This document shows positions 53,421 to 64,000 of a stretch of DNA of 64,000 nucleotides, piece after piece. The first letter of the stretch is position 1, and each line of letters begins with the position of its first letter. Made by a program: the position numbers and the translations under genes. Below the pieces are notes generated by a model that did no database searches, had not been told where the DNA came from, and saw nothing but the letters and a program-made list of their open reading frames with translations. Origin of the DNA: an uncultured Pelagibacteraceae bacterium (GTDB taxonomy: Bacteria; Pseudomonadota; Alphaproteobacteria; Pelagibacterales; Pelagibacteraceae); assembly GCA_902517495.1 (NCBI GenBank), contig CABYCO010000004.1, positions 1,267 to 65,266 of the forward strand, read 5' to 3'.

Positions 53421-54322
53421 TGTTTAATATCTTTGGTTTTTATAAATTTAAAAAACTTAGTAATTTAAAAAAATTAAAAAAAACTTTAGAGAATAATCTT
53501 AAAGAATATGAAATTTGTGGAACAATAATAATTTCATCAGAGGGTGTTAATGGAACGATTTCAGCTAAAAAAGATAATCTTTTAAGATTTAACAAACTTT
53601 TAAAAAAAATATTATCTATAAAAAAATTTAATTCAGAAAATAATTCAAATAGTAAATTTAATCCATTTCATAAACCTAAAGTAAAAATTAAAAAAGAAGT
53701 TGTTCCAATGGGTTTTAAAGTTAGAAACTACAACTATCCCAGCAACAACCTCAATCCAAGGCAATGGAATAAAATAATTAAAAAAAAGGATACAGTTTTG
53801 ATAGATGCACGGAAATCTTTTGAGTATGATGTGGGTACTTTTAAAAAATCTTTAAATCCAAATATAGAAAACTTTCGTCAATTTCCTAAATATTTAAATC
53901 AATTTAAAAATAGTGAAAATATAGCAATGTTTTGTACAGGTGGCATTAGATGTGAAAAAGCAAATATTTATTTGAAAAAAAAAGGATTTAAAAATGTATA
54001 TGTTTTAAAAGGTGGAATTATTAATTATCTGAATAATATTGATAAAAAAAATAGCCAATGGAACGGTGAATGTTTCGTTTTTGATAATAGAGTTTCAATA
54101 AAACATGGCTTGAAGCAGGGCAGTTATTCAATTTGCAGTGGTTGCAGAAAACCTCTTTCTATCAAAGAAAAAAAATCTTCTAAATATTTAGAAGGCATTC
54201 ATTGTCCAAAATGTCACGATTATTTAACAGATGATCAAAAATCAAGATTTGCAATGAGACAAAAGCAAATAATACTTGCAAAAAAAACTGGCAAGAGACA
54301 TATCTTTAAAAAAAAATATTAA
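53420..54322 (+). CDS. trhO: Rhodanese-related tRNA uridine hydroxylase (TrhO/YceA, UPF0176)
   Basis: EGVNGT, FCTGGIRCEKA and GECFVFDNR motifs. Confidence 0.85.
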   Translation: MFNIFGFYKFKKLSNLKKLKKTLENNLKEYEICGTIIISSEGVNGTISAKKDNLLRFNKLLKKILSIKKFNSENNSNSKFNPFHKPKVKIKKEVVPMGFKVRNYNYPSNNLNPRQWNKIIKKKDTVLIDARKSFEYDVGTFKKSLNPNIENFRQFPKYLNQFKNSENIAMFCTGGIRCEKANIYLKKKGFKNVYVLKGGIINYLNNIDKKNSQWNGECFVFDNRVSIKHGLKQGSYSICSGCRKPLSIKEKKSSKYLEGIHCPKCHDYLTDDQKSRFAMRQKQIILAKKTGKRHIFKKKY

Positions 54323-54338
54323 TTAAATTATAATTTTT

Positions 54339-55700
54339 ATGGATTTACTTAAAGAAAATATACCTTTACTTGTTAGAAAACTTGCAATACCAGCAAGTGT
54401 TGGTACGCTTTTTCAAACTTTATACAATATTGTTGATACTTTTTATTCAGGATTAATCTCGCCTGAAGCACTTTCTGCGCTCAGTAAATCATTTCCAATA
54501 TATTTTATTATTGTTGCAACCTCAATTGGTGTAACAGTTGCGGGAACTTCCTTGATAGGGAATAGTATTGGAGAAAAAAATGAAAAAAATGTCTCTTATT
54601 ATTTTACCCATATTATTATCTATGGACTCATCATATCAGTTTTTATTACATTTATAGGTTTATATTTTGCTGAAAAAGTTTTTAATGTAATGGGTTCAAC
54701 TGAAGAAATTACAAATTTAGGACTTCAATATACAAATATTATGTTTTATGGATCATTTCTTTTTTTCCTTGTTGTATCACTTAACTCTTTATTACATGCA
54801 GAAGGAGATACAAAAACATACAGAAATGTTTTGGTTTTAAGTTTTCTACTAAATATAATTTTAAATCCTATTCTAATATTTGGTTTTCTATTCATACCTG
54901 CTTTAGGTATGATGGGTATAGGTCTATCAACCATTATAGCTCAATTTATAGCTTTTGCGATTATTTTATATAAGGTCTTGCAAAATCCAAGGGTAAAAAA
55001 AATTACCAAGGAATTTTTTAAAATTAAATTAACATTTTTAAAAAATATTTTTTTTCAATCAATGCCAATATCAATTGCTATATGTGGATATGCAGTTGCT
55101 GCCACGTTTATATTTACTTATGTTGGTCAAACTAGTGAATTGGCTGTAGCTGGGTATGGTGCAGCTACGAGAATTGAGCAAGTTGTTTTACTTCCTATAT
55201 TAGGAATAAATACTGCAATTATCTCAATTATAGCTCAAAATTATGGTGCAAATCATTTTGATAGAGTGAAAGAGACTTATTTTATATCTGTCAAATATGG
55301 TTTTTTATTAATGTTTTTCTCTGGAATATTTGTTTATTTCACAGCAGATATAATACCAAGACTTTTCTCTAATGATGAAACTGTTTTAGAATATGGACGT
55401 AGATATTTAAAAATTGCAGCATTTATTTTACCTGCATATCCAATTTTCTTTTTATCAAACGGTTTTTTTATGGGTTTAAAAAAATCTAATTATGCAATGA
55501 TAAATAATATGTTGCGAAATGTTCTTGTTCCTATTTGTGTTTTTTACTTAGCCAAATATCTATCTGCAGATTTTGATAGTTTTTTCTGGTTGTGGTTTAT
55601 TTTTCAATGGTCACTTTCGATACTATTATTTAGTTATGTGAGTTATTATATAAAAAAAAAATTAGATAAATCTAGCGCTATCCTTAATCCACAACCATAA
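54339..55700 (+). CDS. MATE family efflux transporter
   Basis: YNIVDT, GDTKT, NIILNP and AQNYGA motifs; about 12 TM helices. Confidence 0.92.
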   Translation: MDLLKENIPLLVRKLAIPASVGTLFQTLYNIVDTFYSGLISPEALSALSKSFPIYFIIVATSIGVTVAGTSLIGNSIGEKNEKNVSYYFTHIIIYGLIISVFITFIGLYFAEKVFNVMGSTEEITNLGLQYTNIMFYGSFLFFLVVSLNSLLHAEGDTKTYRNVLVLSFLLNIILNPILIFGFLFIPALGMMGIGLSTIIAQFIAFAIILYKVLQNPRVKKITKEFFKIKLTFLKNIFFQSMPISIAICGYAVAATFIFTYVGQTSELAVAGYGAATRIEQVVLLPILGINTAIISIIAQNYGANHFDRVKETYFISVKYGFLLMFFSGIFVYFTADIIPRLFSNDETVLEYGRRYLKIAAFILPAYPIFFLSNGFFMGLKKSNYAMINNMLRNVLVPICVFYLAKYLSADFDSFFWLWFIFQWSLSILLFSYVSYYIKKKLDKSSAILNPQP

Positions 55701-56207
55701 ATCTTCTGAGAATGATCTTCTCACAAAAAGATTTATTTCGTTTATTTCATTATGATGAATAATTACATCTGTATGATTGAGCAATGTTTGCGTTACAGAA
55801 TTTTTAGTATTTTTAAAATTATTAAAGTTAAAAGGAGATCCCGATGAAAGTAGATCAAAAGTCTTTTTACCCTTTATATTAATACACAACCATTGATTAG
55901 AAACATCAACTATTGAGCCAAAATTTAATTTAGAAATTTCGTTATAAAGATCATTATAAACATTAATGTTATCTTCATTAAAATATACTAACCATTCATC
56001 TGGACTTAGCCATAGAGCATTAAATTGTTGATTTGAGGAACTCGTATTTGGTTCAATTGGTAAGATGATTGATAAAATCTTTCCTGCTTTTGTAAAAAAT
56101 TCCTTTTTTTTCCCTCGAATATTTATTTTTTTAATTGGTTCAGATAACTTTAATTCTAGTTCATCTAATGATTTTTTTTCAAAGTTAGGATATTCTAAAT
56201 TAAGCAT
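55662..56207 (-). CDS. soxG: Sarcosine oxidase gamma subunit
   Basis: WLSPDEWL and VRRSF motifs; operon context. Confidence 0.88.
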   Translation of the reverse strand: MLNLEYPNFEKKSLDELELKLSEPIKKINIRGKKKEFFTKAGKILSIILPIEPNTSSSNQQFNALWLSPDEWLVYFNEDNINVYNDLYNEISKLNFGSIVDVSNQWLCINIKGKKTFDLLSSGSPFNFNNFKNTKNSVTQTLLNHTDVIIHHNEINEINLFVRRSFSEDLWLWIKDSARFI

Positions 56208-59202
56208 TGATCCTCTTGTTTTCTTTATCTAAAAAAATAAAATCTGAAACTGTTACATTGATATTTTTATTTTCCATAGGTACAAAAAGTTTTTGACCAT
56301 TCATCTTTTTTCCACCTTTAACAACTGCTAGTGCAATCGATTTATTTAAATTAGGGCTAAAATAGCTTGATGTTACATGTCCAATCATTTCAACAGGTTT
56401 CTTATCTAATTCAGAGACTATCTGAGCACCTTCTTCTAATATTTCATTAGGGTCATCCGTAAGCAATCCAACAAGCTGTTTTCTGTCTTCTCTCATTGTA
56501 TCACTTCTATAAAGTGATCTTTTACCTATAAAGTCATATTTTTTTTTACTAACTATCCAATCCATCTGAAGATCAATAGGTGTCATGGTTCCATCTGTAT
56601 CCTGGCCAACAATAATAAATCCCTTTTCAGCTCTTAATAAATGCATTGTCTCTGTTCCATAAGGAGTAATTTTGTATTCTTCTCCAGCTGCAATGCAGTT
56701 TTCCCATAATGATTTACCATATTTTGACTCTACATTAATTTCATAACTAAGCTCTCCTGTGAAACTTATTCTCATTATTCTACATTCAATTTTGTCAATT
56801 ATTGCATCTTGGTAAGACATATGAGGAAACGCTTCATCACTAAAATCTTTATTAGGAAATAATTTTTTTAATATTTTTTTTGAATTTGGACCACAAATAC
56901 TTGCTGTAGAATAGTGATCAGTGACAGAGGTTAAGTAAACATCTAATTCTGGCCATTCTGTTTGTAAATAGTCTTCAAGTTTAGAAAGCACATTTGCTGC
57001 GCCACCAGTTGTTGTGGTCATTAAATAATGATTTTCACCCAATCTTGTGGTTACACCATCATCATAAACCATACCATCTTCATTTAACATTAAACCATAT
57101 CGGCATTTCCCAATTCCTAATTTTAACCAAGCATTTGTATAAACTCTGTTTAAAAATTCAGAAGCATCAGATCCCTGTATATCTATTTTTCCTAATGTAG
57201 AGGCATCCAAAATTCCAGCACTATCTCTTGCAGCTTTACTTTCTCTTTGAACTGCTTCATGAAGATTTTCATTATTAATAGGGTAGTACCATGGTCTTTT
57301 CCATTGCCCAACATTTTCAAATTTTGCATTATTTTGAACGTGCCATTCATGAATTGAGGTTTTTCTAACAATGTCAAAAAATTTTCCAACACTTCTTCCT
57401 ACAATTGCCCCAAAAGTTAATGGTGTAAATGGTGGTCTAAAAGTAGTTGTACCTAAAGAACCCATTTTTACTCCAGCTGTGTCAGCAATAATCCCCAAGG
57501 CATGCATATTTGATAATTTACCTTGATCTGTAGCCATTCCAGTTGTTGTATATCTCTTTACATGTTCTATCGATTTAAAACCTTCTCTAAGTGCTAACTT
57601 TATATCTTTCGCAGTCGAGTCATTTTGAAAATCTATAAAAGATTTAGTCTTACTCTCTGAAATAGTATTTGGTAACAGCCATATGTTTTTCTTCTCTGAC
57701 TCTTTTGAACAAAAAACTGAAATTTTATCAAAACCACCTTCATTAATGTTTAAAAATTTTTTAACTTTATTATTTGTATTTTTAACTATTTCTTCTAGTT
57801 CAAAATCACCATTACATGATCCAACATTTATATGATTTTCACTTTTTTCAGTTGGAACAAATACTTGATCTATTTCTCTAAAATCTAATTTTCCTCCTGA
57901 TTGAGTATGCATATGTACCATAGGTGTCCAACCTCCACTTATTGACAAACAATCACACTGAATTTTATGTTTATTTCCAGTAACATTCGATCCATCTTCT
58001 GATAAATTCATAATTTCTATTGATTTTATCTTTTTGTAGCCAAAAGTATTAACCACTGTAGAGTTCCAATATATTTTAATTCCTAGGTCATCAGCATTTT
58101 TAACAATATTTGATGAAGATTTTTTTCTAATATCAACAATCTTTACTGATATTCCCTTTTCAAATAACGACACTGCAGTTTCATAAGCACTATCGTTGTT
58201 AGTAAAAATAATATTATTTAATCCAGTGGATACACCATAAAAATCTAAATATTTTTTGACAGAGTTAGCAAGTATAATTCCTGGTCTATCATTGTTGTTG
58301 AATATAAGAGGTCTTTCTATTGCACCTGCAGCAACAATTACTTTATCTGCTCTTATTTTCCATAATCTCTGTCTTATACTGCCATTTTTTTTATCTAATG
58401 GTAAATGATCTGATATATTTTCTTTGGCCAAAAGGTAGTTATAACTATGAAAAGCTGCCAAACTTGTTCTAGTTTTTATTATTAAATTATCTAATTTTTC
58501 TAATTCTGATATTTCATTCATTAACCATTCATTTGATTTTTGATTATCTATTATAAAATTTTTATTATTTTGATAAATTGTGGATCCACCAAGTATATTT
58601 TTATCTTCGATTAATATTGTCTTTAAATTATTTTTTGCTGCTATTTTAGCAGATATAATACCTGAAATCCCACCTCCAATAACTAATACATCACAATGTT
58701 CATGTTTATGGTCATAAATGTCTGGATCTGGTTGTGTAGGTGATTTGCCTAGGCCTGCAGACAATCTTATTAATGGTTCATAAATTTTTTTCCAAAAACT
58801 TTTAGGCCACATAAAAGTCTTATAATAAAAACCTGCTGGTATAAATGTTGCTATTAAGTTATTAATTCCACCTATATCAAAGTTAAGACTTGGCCAACAA
58901 TTTTGACTAGATGCTTTCAATCCTTCATAAAGTTCTATTTCTGTAGCTCTTGCATTAGGCTCTGTTAAATCAGTATTATCATTTATTTGGCATATTGCGT
59001 TTGGCTCTTCAGATCCACATGACATTATACCTCTTGGACGATGATACTTAAAACTTCTGCCAACTAAATGAATGCCATTTGAAAGAAGTGCTGAGGCTAA
59101 AGTATCACCCTCAAAACCATGATATTTTTTACCGTCAAATGTAAATGAAACAGTTTTTGTTTGATCAACAAATCTTGTTTTATTAATTCTATATTTGGTC
59201 AT
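56200..59202 (-). CDS. soxA: Sarcosine oxidase alpha subunit
   Basis: GDTLASALL, RSFKYHRPRG and KRYTT.GM.TDQGK motifs; GcvT-like C-terminal domain. Confidence 0.95.
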   Translation of the reverse strand: MTKYRINKTRFVDQTKTVSFTFDGKKYHGFEGDTLASALLSNGIHLVGRSFKYHRPRGIMSCGSEEPNAICQINDNTDLTEPNARATEIELYEGLKASSQNCWPSLNFDIGGINNLIATFIPAGFYYKTFMWPKSFWKKIYEPLIRLSAGLGKSPTQPDPDIYDHKHEHCDVLVIGGGISGIISAKIAAKNNLKTILIEDKNILGGSTIYQNNKNFIIDNQKSNEWLMNEISELEKLDNLIIKTRTSLAAFHSYNYLLAKENISDHLPLDKKNGSIRQRLWKIRADKVIVAAGAIERPLIFNNNDRPGIILANSVKKYLDFYGVSTGLNNIIFTNNDSAYETAVSLFEKGISVKIVDIRKKSSSNIVKNADDLGIKIYWNSTVVNTFGYKKIKSIEIMNLSEDGSNVTGNKHKIQCDCLSISGGWTPMVHMHTQSGGKLDFREIDQVFVPTEKSENHINVGSCNGDFELEEIVKNTNNKVKKFLNINEGGFDKISVFCSKESEKKNIWLLPNTISESKTKSFIDFQNDSTAKDIKLALREGFKSIEHVKRYTTTGMATDQGKLSNMHALGIIADTAGVKMGSLGTTTFRPPFTPLTFGAIVGRSVGKFFDIVRKTSIHEWHVQNNAKFENVGQWKRPWYYPINNENLHEAVQRESKAARDSAGILDASTLGKIDIQGSDASEFLNRVYTNAWLKLGIGKCRYGLMLNEDGMVYDDGVTTRLGENHYLMTTTTGGAANVLSKLEDYLQTEWPELDVYLTSVTDHYSTASICGPNSKKILKKLFPNKDFSDEAFPHMSYQDAIIDKIECRIMRISFTGELSYEINVESKYGKSLWENCIAAGEEYKITPYGTETMHLLRAEKGFIIVGQDTDGTMTPIDLQMDWIVSKKKYDFIGKRSLYRSDTMREDRKQLVGLLTDDPNEILEEGAQIVSELDKKPVEMIGHVTSSYFSPNLNKSIALAVVKGGKKMNGQKLFVPMENKNINVTVSDFIFLDKENKRINA

Positions 59203-59478
59203 TTAAATTACAGGAGGTTTTTCACCCATTTTGTAAACTGCATGTATTTTGTCATTTGATGTATCCCTAACCATATTAAACCATTTTCTACATCCATGAG
59301 CATGGTTCCATCTTTCAAACTGAACACCTTTAATATTCTTTCTCATAAATAAATATTCTGCCCATTCATCATCACTTAGCTCTGTAGGTTGTTTTGGTCT
59401 CACAATGTGTGCTTCACCACCACATGAAAACTCACTTTGGTCTCTTTCTCCACAATATGGGCAATTTATTACAAACAT
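59203..59478 (-). CDS. soxD: Sarcosine oxidase delta subunit
   Basis: CPYCGER and H..GCRKWF Zn ligands. Confidence 0.94.
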   Translation of the reverse strand: MFVINCPYCGERDQSEFSCGGEAHIVRPKQPTELSDDEWAEYLFMRKNIKGVQFERWNHAHGCRKWFNMVRDTSNDKIHAVYKMGEKPPVI

Positions 59479-60731
59479 TAGTGTGCTACAGCAGCTGCAC
59501 CATGTTCATCAACAAGATCTCCACTTACAAATCTGTTAAGATTAAATGCTGCATTTAATTTATGTGGCTCATCATTAGCAATTGTGTGAGCAAATAAATC
59601 ACCAGATCCAGGCGTTGCTTTAAAACCTCCTGTTCCCCATCCACAGTTAAAATAAAGACCTTTTATATTTGTTTTGCTAATGATCGGACTTGCATCTGGG
59701 CAAATATCAACAATACCACCCCATTGTCTTAACATCTTCATTCTACTAAAAATAGGGTACAGCTCTAATATAGCTTTTAAGGTACCCTCTACTACATCAT
59801 GACTTCCTCTTTGTGTATAAGATATGTAAGCATCTGTTCCAGCACCAATTACTAATTCACCTTTATCAGATTGACTAACATATGCATGGACAGCATTAGA
59901 CATTACAACTGTATCTATTATTGGTTTGACTGGTTCTGAGACTAATGCTTGTAATGGTTTACTTTCAAGTGGTAATTTTAAGCCTGCCATATTAGCAATT
60001 ACACTTGAATGACCTGCAGCTACTACACCAATTTTTTTTGTTTTGATAAATCCTTTTGTAGTATCAAGTCCTTTAACTTGGTCTCCATTTCTTTTTATTC
60101 CTTTAACTTCACAATTTTGAATTATATCTACACCCATTGCATCTGCACCTCTTGCATAACCCCATGCAACGGCATCATGTCTTGCAGTTCCAGCTCTTCT
60201 TTGTAAAGTTCCACCAAGTACAGGATATCTAATATCTTGAGAAATATTTATTATTGGACAAAATTCTTTAACTTGTTTTGTGTTTAACCAAACAGCATCA
60301 ATATCATTTAACCTATTTGCATGAGTTCTTCTTTTTAAATCTCTAACGTCTTGAAGGTTATGAGCTAAGTTCATAACTCCGCGTTGACTAAACATTATAT
60401 TATAATTTAACTCTTGAGATAAATTTTCCCAAATTTTTAAAGCATGGTCATACAATCCAGCACTAGCATCCCATAAATAATTTGATCTTATGATTGTTGT
60501 ATTTCTCCCGGTATTACCTCCACCAATCCAACCTTTTTCTAAAACCGCAATATTTTTCATTTTATGTTTTTTTGCAAGATAGTAAGCTGTTGCTAATCCA
60601 TGCCCGCCACCTCCAACAATTACTGCTTCATATTCTTTTTTAGGCTCAGGATTGCCCCAGGCTTGTTTCCAGTTTTCATGCTGCGAAAAAGCATTTTTTA
60701 TCAGTGAAAAAATTGAATATTTGTTTTTCAT
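59478..60731 (-). CDS. soxB: Sarcosine oxidase beta subunit
   Basis: [23 protein letters not shown] and [11 protein letters not shown] motifs. Confidence 0.96.
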   Translation of the reverse strand: MKNKYSIFSLIKNAFSQHENWKQAWGNPEPKKEYEAVIVGGGGHGLATAYYLAKKHKMKNIAVLEKGWIGGGNTGRNTTIIRSNYLWDASAGLYDHALKIWENLSQELNYNIMFSQRGVMNLAHNLQDVRDLKRRTHANRLNDIDAVWLNTKQVKEFCPIINISQDIRYPVLGGTLQRRAGTARHDAVAWGYARGADAMGVDIIQNCEVKGIKRNGDQVKGLDTTKGFIKTKKIGVVAAGHSSVIANMAGLKLPLESKPLQALVSEPVKPIIDTVVMSNAVHAYVSQSDKGELVIGAGTDAYISYTQRGSHDVVEGTLKAILELYPIFSRMKMLRQWGGIVDICPDASPIISKTNIKGLYFNCGWGTGGFKATPGSGDLFAHTIANDEPHKLNAAFNLNRFVSGDLVDEHGAAAVAH

Positions 60732-60795
60732 ATTTGCAAGAAATTACTTGATTAATATTGAATATTCAATGATTTCAAGTTACACATGTATCAAC

Positions 60796-60886
60796 GGAAG
60801 AGTGGGTGAGTTGGCTTAAACCAGCAGTTTGCTAAATTGCCGAAGGAGCAATCCTTCCAAGGGTTCGAATCCCTTCTCTTCCGCCA
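60796..60886 (+). tRNA. tRNA-Ser(GCT)
   Basis: GGAAGAG/CTCTTCC acceptor stem, GCAGT-TTGCTAA-ATTGC anticodon arm, long variable arm, CCA end. Confidence 0.96.
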
Positions 60887-63073
60887 TTAATACATGCTCT
60901 GATTTTTAAAGAAATCTTTTAGATATATTGGCTTTTGAGACAAAATGTACCTGTAAACATTGTAATTTTCTAAAACTCTTTGTACGTAATTTCTTGTTTC
61001 TTTAAATTTAATAAGCTCAACCCAATCAACATAGTCAATCTGTTTTTTTTGAGGATCCTTATTAATTTTTTTCCAATACTTTACTCTCTTAGGACCAGCA
61101 TTGTAAGCGGCTGTAGCAAAAGGGTAGGATCCTTTATACTGATTGATTAAACCAGCAATATAATGAGACCCTAAATTAATATTATATTCGGGGTCAGTAA
61201 TTAATTTATCCTTCGAGTATCCTAACTTAGCTTGTTTCGATACAGTCTTAGCCGTATAAGGCATAAGTTGCATTAATCCTTGAGCTCCAACTCTACTCCT
61301 AGCAGAGGTATCAAATTCACTTTCTTGTCTGATAATAGATAATATTAATGCTGGATCAGGAATTTTTCTTCCACCAACAAATTTTGGTACACTCATTATT
61401 GGATAATTAAATTGGTTGTGAAATCTTTTTTGATATGAGGCAATTTTAGAGACTTGAATAGCAAAATCAAAACGTGATATATCAGAAGCTAATTTAGCAG
61501 CTAAAGCCTCACTGCCTTTTTCTACATTATCATTTGCTAAAAACCTTAAGATATGTTTTGTGTATTTGTCTTTATTTAAATAATCAAGTAAATCAACAAT
61601 TGCGACAAGTTTTTTTGAGTAAAACTCTTGTTCATAATCATCATCTACAAACATTAATTTATCTAGTTCAAATTTTTCTTGAGGTTTTACTTTCATATGT
61701 GAGAGTTGACCATAGTAGGTTGTTAAATATTTTGATCCCTCCAAGAACCATTTATTTGAGCTTTCTATATCACCAATTTTTTCATATGTTTTTCCCAACC
61801 AATACGAACCTCTAGATAAGCTGATTGGATAGCTAACATTCCTGTAAAAATTTAAAAAATGATTTTCTGCTTGTTGTGCATTTTTTAAAAAACTGAGTGC
61901 TATCCAGCCACTCATCCACTCAGCTTCTGCATAGTCTGCACCCTCTGTCATTGCATGATTTGAAACAATTTTATATGCAGTTTTATATTTTTTTTTATAA
62001 ATTAAGGATCTTCCAATTATTGATCTTTCTTTCCACCATTTATCTGGTCTTACTAAATATTCTTCGGTGTTTTTTACTTTATTAAGAATTTCTAGCGAGC
62101 TATCTACGCGTCCTTTTTTTCTTCTCCATTTTAATCTATCATAATTTAAACCAGCATCATTCTTAAAGTTTTTTGGTACTTTTTTTATCGCTTCATCAAC
62201 CCCATATCCTCTGCTTATTAATATTTGTCTTGCTGTATAAAGTAATTGATACTCACTAGGAAGGTATCTAATAACCCTTTTAAGATCCCAGTGTTTACCC
62301 TCCCAAGCATAATAATCAGCTCTATTTATATAATCAGAGGTATCTAGAATATTTTTAAATTTTTTTCTGAAATATTTTAAATTATTTGTATTTAGATCTG
62401 CATTTATAAATCCTTCTTTAATTAATCTTATTCCATCACCAGACTTTCCAGTCTTAATTAAACTCTCTCCTAACATCATTTTACCATATCCACTTAATGG
62501 CTTATTACTTTGAAACCAATTAATTATTTCTGTAGGAGATTGGTTTTGTAAGTTTATTTTGTGTTCAGCAAGATATTTAATTCTATCAAATCTTGGATAA
62601 TCTTTAACTCTTTCGATAAACCTTTTATATTCAGAAAATGTTGCTTTATTTCCCGAAGTAAGAAAGTGCCTCCACTCTATAAAATCATATATTGATTGAG
62701 CTCTCGCTTTTTTTGCAGTATTTTTTGCATCTTTCCAATTAGATTTTTCCATAAATCTAATTGCTTGTTTTGCGAATTCGAAATCTCTTTCACTGTAATA
62801 TCTAGTTTTTTTAACAGTTCTTAACGATTGTTTTTTTACTATAAGTGGTTTTTTTGGTGGTAACAAAATTCCAAAGATCTCTTTAGGCAAATCTTTATCA
62901 CCCTTTAAACTTTGTTTTTCATTAAATGTTCCAGGTTTAATGGGAGGAACCACTACCTGACTTTTAAACGCAGGTTTTTTCTTTGGTATTATTATTTCAT
63001 TCGAATATGATGATTGAAAAAAGCTAAAAAAAAATATAGTTGTTAGTAGTAATTTAGATTTTCTAAAAATCAT
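60887..63073 (-). CDS. slt: Soluble lytic murein transglycosylase (Slt70-like)
   Basis: Signal peptide, TPR-like helices, IRQES, GLMQLMP, AYNAG and ETRNYV motifs. Confidence 0.92.
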   Translation of the reverse strand: MIFRKSKLLLTTIFFFSFFQSSYSNEIIIPKKKPAFKSQVVVPPIKPGTFNEKQSLKGDKDLPKEIFGILLPPKKPLIVKKQSLRTVKKTRYYSERDFEFAKQAIRFMEKSNWKDAKNTAKKARAQSIYDFIEWRHFLTSGNKATFSEYKRFIERVKDYPRFDRIKYLAEHKINLQNQSPTEIINWFQSNKPLSGYGKMMLGESLIKTGKSGDGIRLIKEGFINADLNTNNLKYFRKKFKNILDTSDYINRADYYAWEGKHWDLKRVIRYLPSEYQLLYTARQILISRGYGVDEAIKKVPKNFKNDAGLNYDRLKWRRKKGRVDSSLEILNKVKNTEEYLVRPDKWWKERSIIGRSLIYKKKYKTAYKIVSNHAMTEGADYAEAEWMSGWIALSFLKNAQQAENHFLNFYRNVSYPISLSRGSYWLGKTYEKIGDIESSNKWFLEGSKYLTTYYGQLSHMKVKPQEKFELDKLMFVDDDYEQEFYSKKLVAIVDLLDYLNKDKYTKHILRFLANDNVEKGSEALAAKLASDISRFDFAIQVSKIASYQKRFHNQFNYPIMSVPKFVGGRKIPDPALILSIIRQESEFDTSARSRVGAQGLMQLMPYTAKTVSKQAKLGYSKDKLITDPEYNINLGSHYIAGLINQYKGSYPFATAAYNAGPKRVKYWKKINKDPQKKQIDYVDWVELIKFKETRNYVQRVLENYNVYRYILSQKPIYLKDFFKNQSMY

Positions 63074-63100
63074 TTTTAGTAACTTATGATATAAATATTT

Positions 63101-63988
63101 ATGTTTAAAGGTTCAAATGTAGCTTTAGTAACACCATTTAAAGGCAATAGTCTTGATGAGGAAACTTATATAAAAATTATTAATTTTCATTTAGAAAATG
63201 GAACAAATGGACTTGTGCCAGCAGGTACAACTGGCGAGTCACCAACTCTTTCTCATAAAGAGCATGAAAAAGTTATAGAGTTATGTATTCAAGAAGCTAA
63301 AGGAAAAATTCCAGTAATTGCTGGTACAGGATCAAACTCTACTACAGAAGCCATATCACTCACACAGCACGCTGAAAAGGCTGGAGCTGATGGCGCCTTG
63401 ATAGTGACACCTTATTATAACAAACCCACTCAGGAGGGCTTATATCAGCATTACAAGGCAATAAATGACAAATGCGGCATACCAATCATAATTTATAATA
63501 TTCCAGGCAGATCAGTTATTGATATGACAGTAGATACTATGGCAAGATTATTTGAGCTTAAGAACATTGTTGGCGTTAAAGATGCAACTGGTGATTTGAA
63601 CAGAGTAGATGAGACTTTCAAAAAAATTGGCAATGAATTTATCCAACTAACAGGAGAGGACGGCCTTGCTTATGAATATAACAAAAGAGGTGGCGTAGGG
63701 TGTATTTCTGTTACAGCCAACATAGCTCCTAAAATGTGTTCTGATATGCAAAAATTTTCAAAATCACAGGATACCGATGAACAAAAAAAAGCTGAACAGA
63801 TAGATATAAAACTTCAACCTGTTCATAAATCATTATTTATTGAGAGCAATCCATCACCAGTTAAATACGCAGCTAAATTGATCGGTCTCTGTGATGATAA
63901 TGTGAGATTACCTTTAGTAACAGTTTTAGATGAAACCAAAGCTGAGGTAAAAAAAGCACTTATATCTGCCGAATTAATTAATGAATAA
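63101..63988 (+). CDS. dapA: 4-hydroxy-tetrahydrodipicolinate synthase
   Basis: GTTGES, YNIPGR, GVKDA and ESNP.PVK motifs. Confidence 0.96.
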   Translation: MFKGSNVALVTPFKGNSLDEETYIKIINFHLENGTNGLVPAGTTGESPTLSHKEHEKVIELCIQEAKGKIPVIAGTGSNSTTEAISLTQHAEKAGADGALIVTPYYNKPTQEGLYQHYKAINDKCGIPIIIYNIPGRSVIDMTVDTMARLFELKNIVGVKDATGDLNRVDETFKKIGNEFIQLTGEDGLAYEYNKRGGVGCISVTANIAPKMCSDMQKFSKSQDTDEQKKAEQIDIKLQPVHKSLFIESNPSPVKYAAKLIGLCDDNVRLPLVTVLDETKAEVKKALISAELINE

Positions 63989-64000
63989 AAAAACCATTCC

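Noticed and set aside
55662-60731. sox genes as a sulfur-oxidation system
   Set aside because: The motifs are those of heterotetrameric sarcosine oxidase (soxBDAG), not thiosulfate Sox proteins.

Overview
AT-rich, very densely packed alphaproteobacterial chromosome segment. Gene content, order and streamlining (many TAATG stop/start overlaps, tiny intergenic gaps, no rpmD in the spc cluster) point to SAR11/Pelagibacterales; this is an inference, not a database result. About 59 kb is core housekeeping: nadK and a GcvT-family gene, rlmB, tRNA-Tyr/Gly-tuf-tRNA-Trp-secE-nusG, rplKAJL-rpoBC, the str/S10/spc/alpha ribosomal clusters, lipB, mgtE, panC, galU-ugd, topA, plsY, pyrCB, gatCAB, sarcosine oxidase soxBDAG, slt and dapA, plus six intact tRNA genes in total. 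The first 4.8 kb is an accessory island directly upstream of tRNA-Leu(TAA). It looks like a tandem array of cargo cassettes carrying envelope-protein genes, with no integrase inside the window. Each cassette ends 12-22 bp after a stop codon in a shared ~52-bp repeat (core ACTAGACGTAG-ACTAGACGTTAG). A 159-bp duplication covering the upstream region and 5' half of tRNA-Leu ends exactly at the end of the anticodon loop. A variant of the doublet lies on the other side of that break, giving an attP-like junction. This is the most interesting system in the window.
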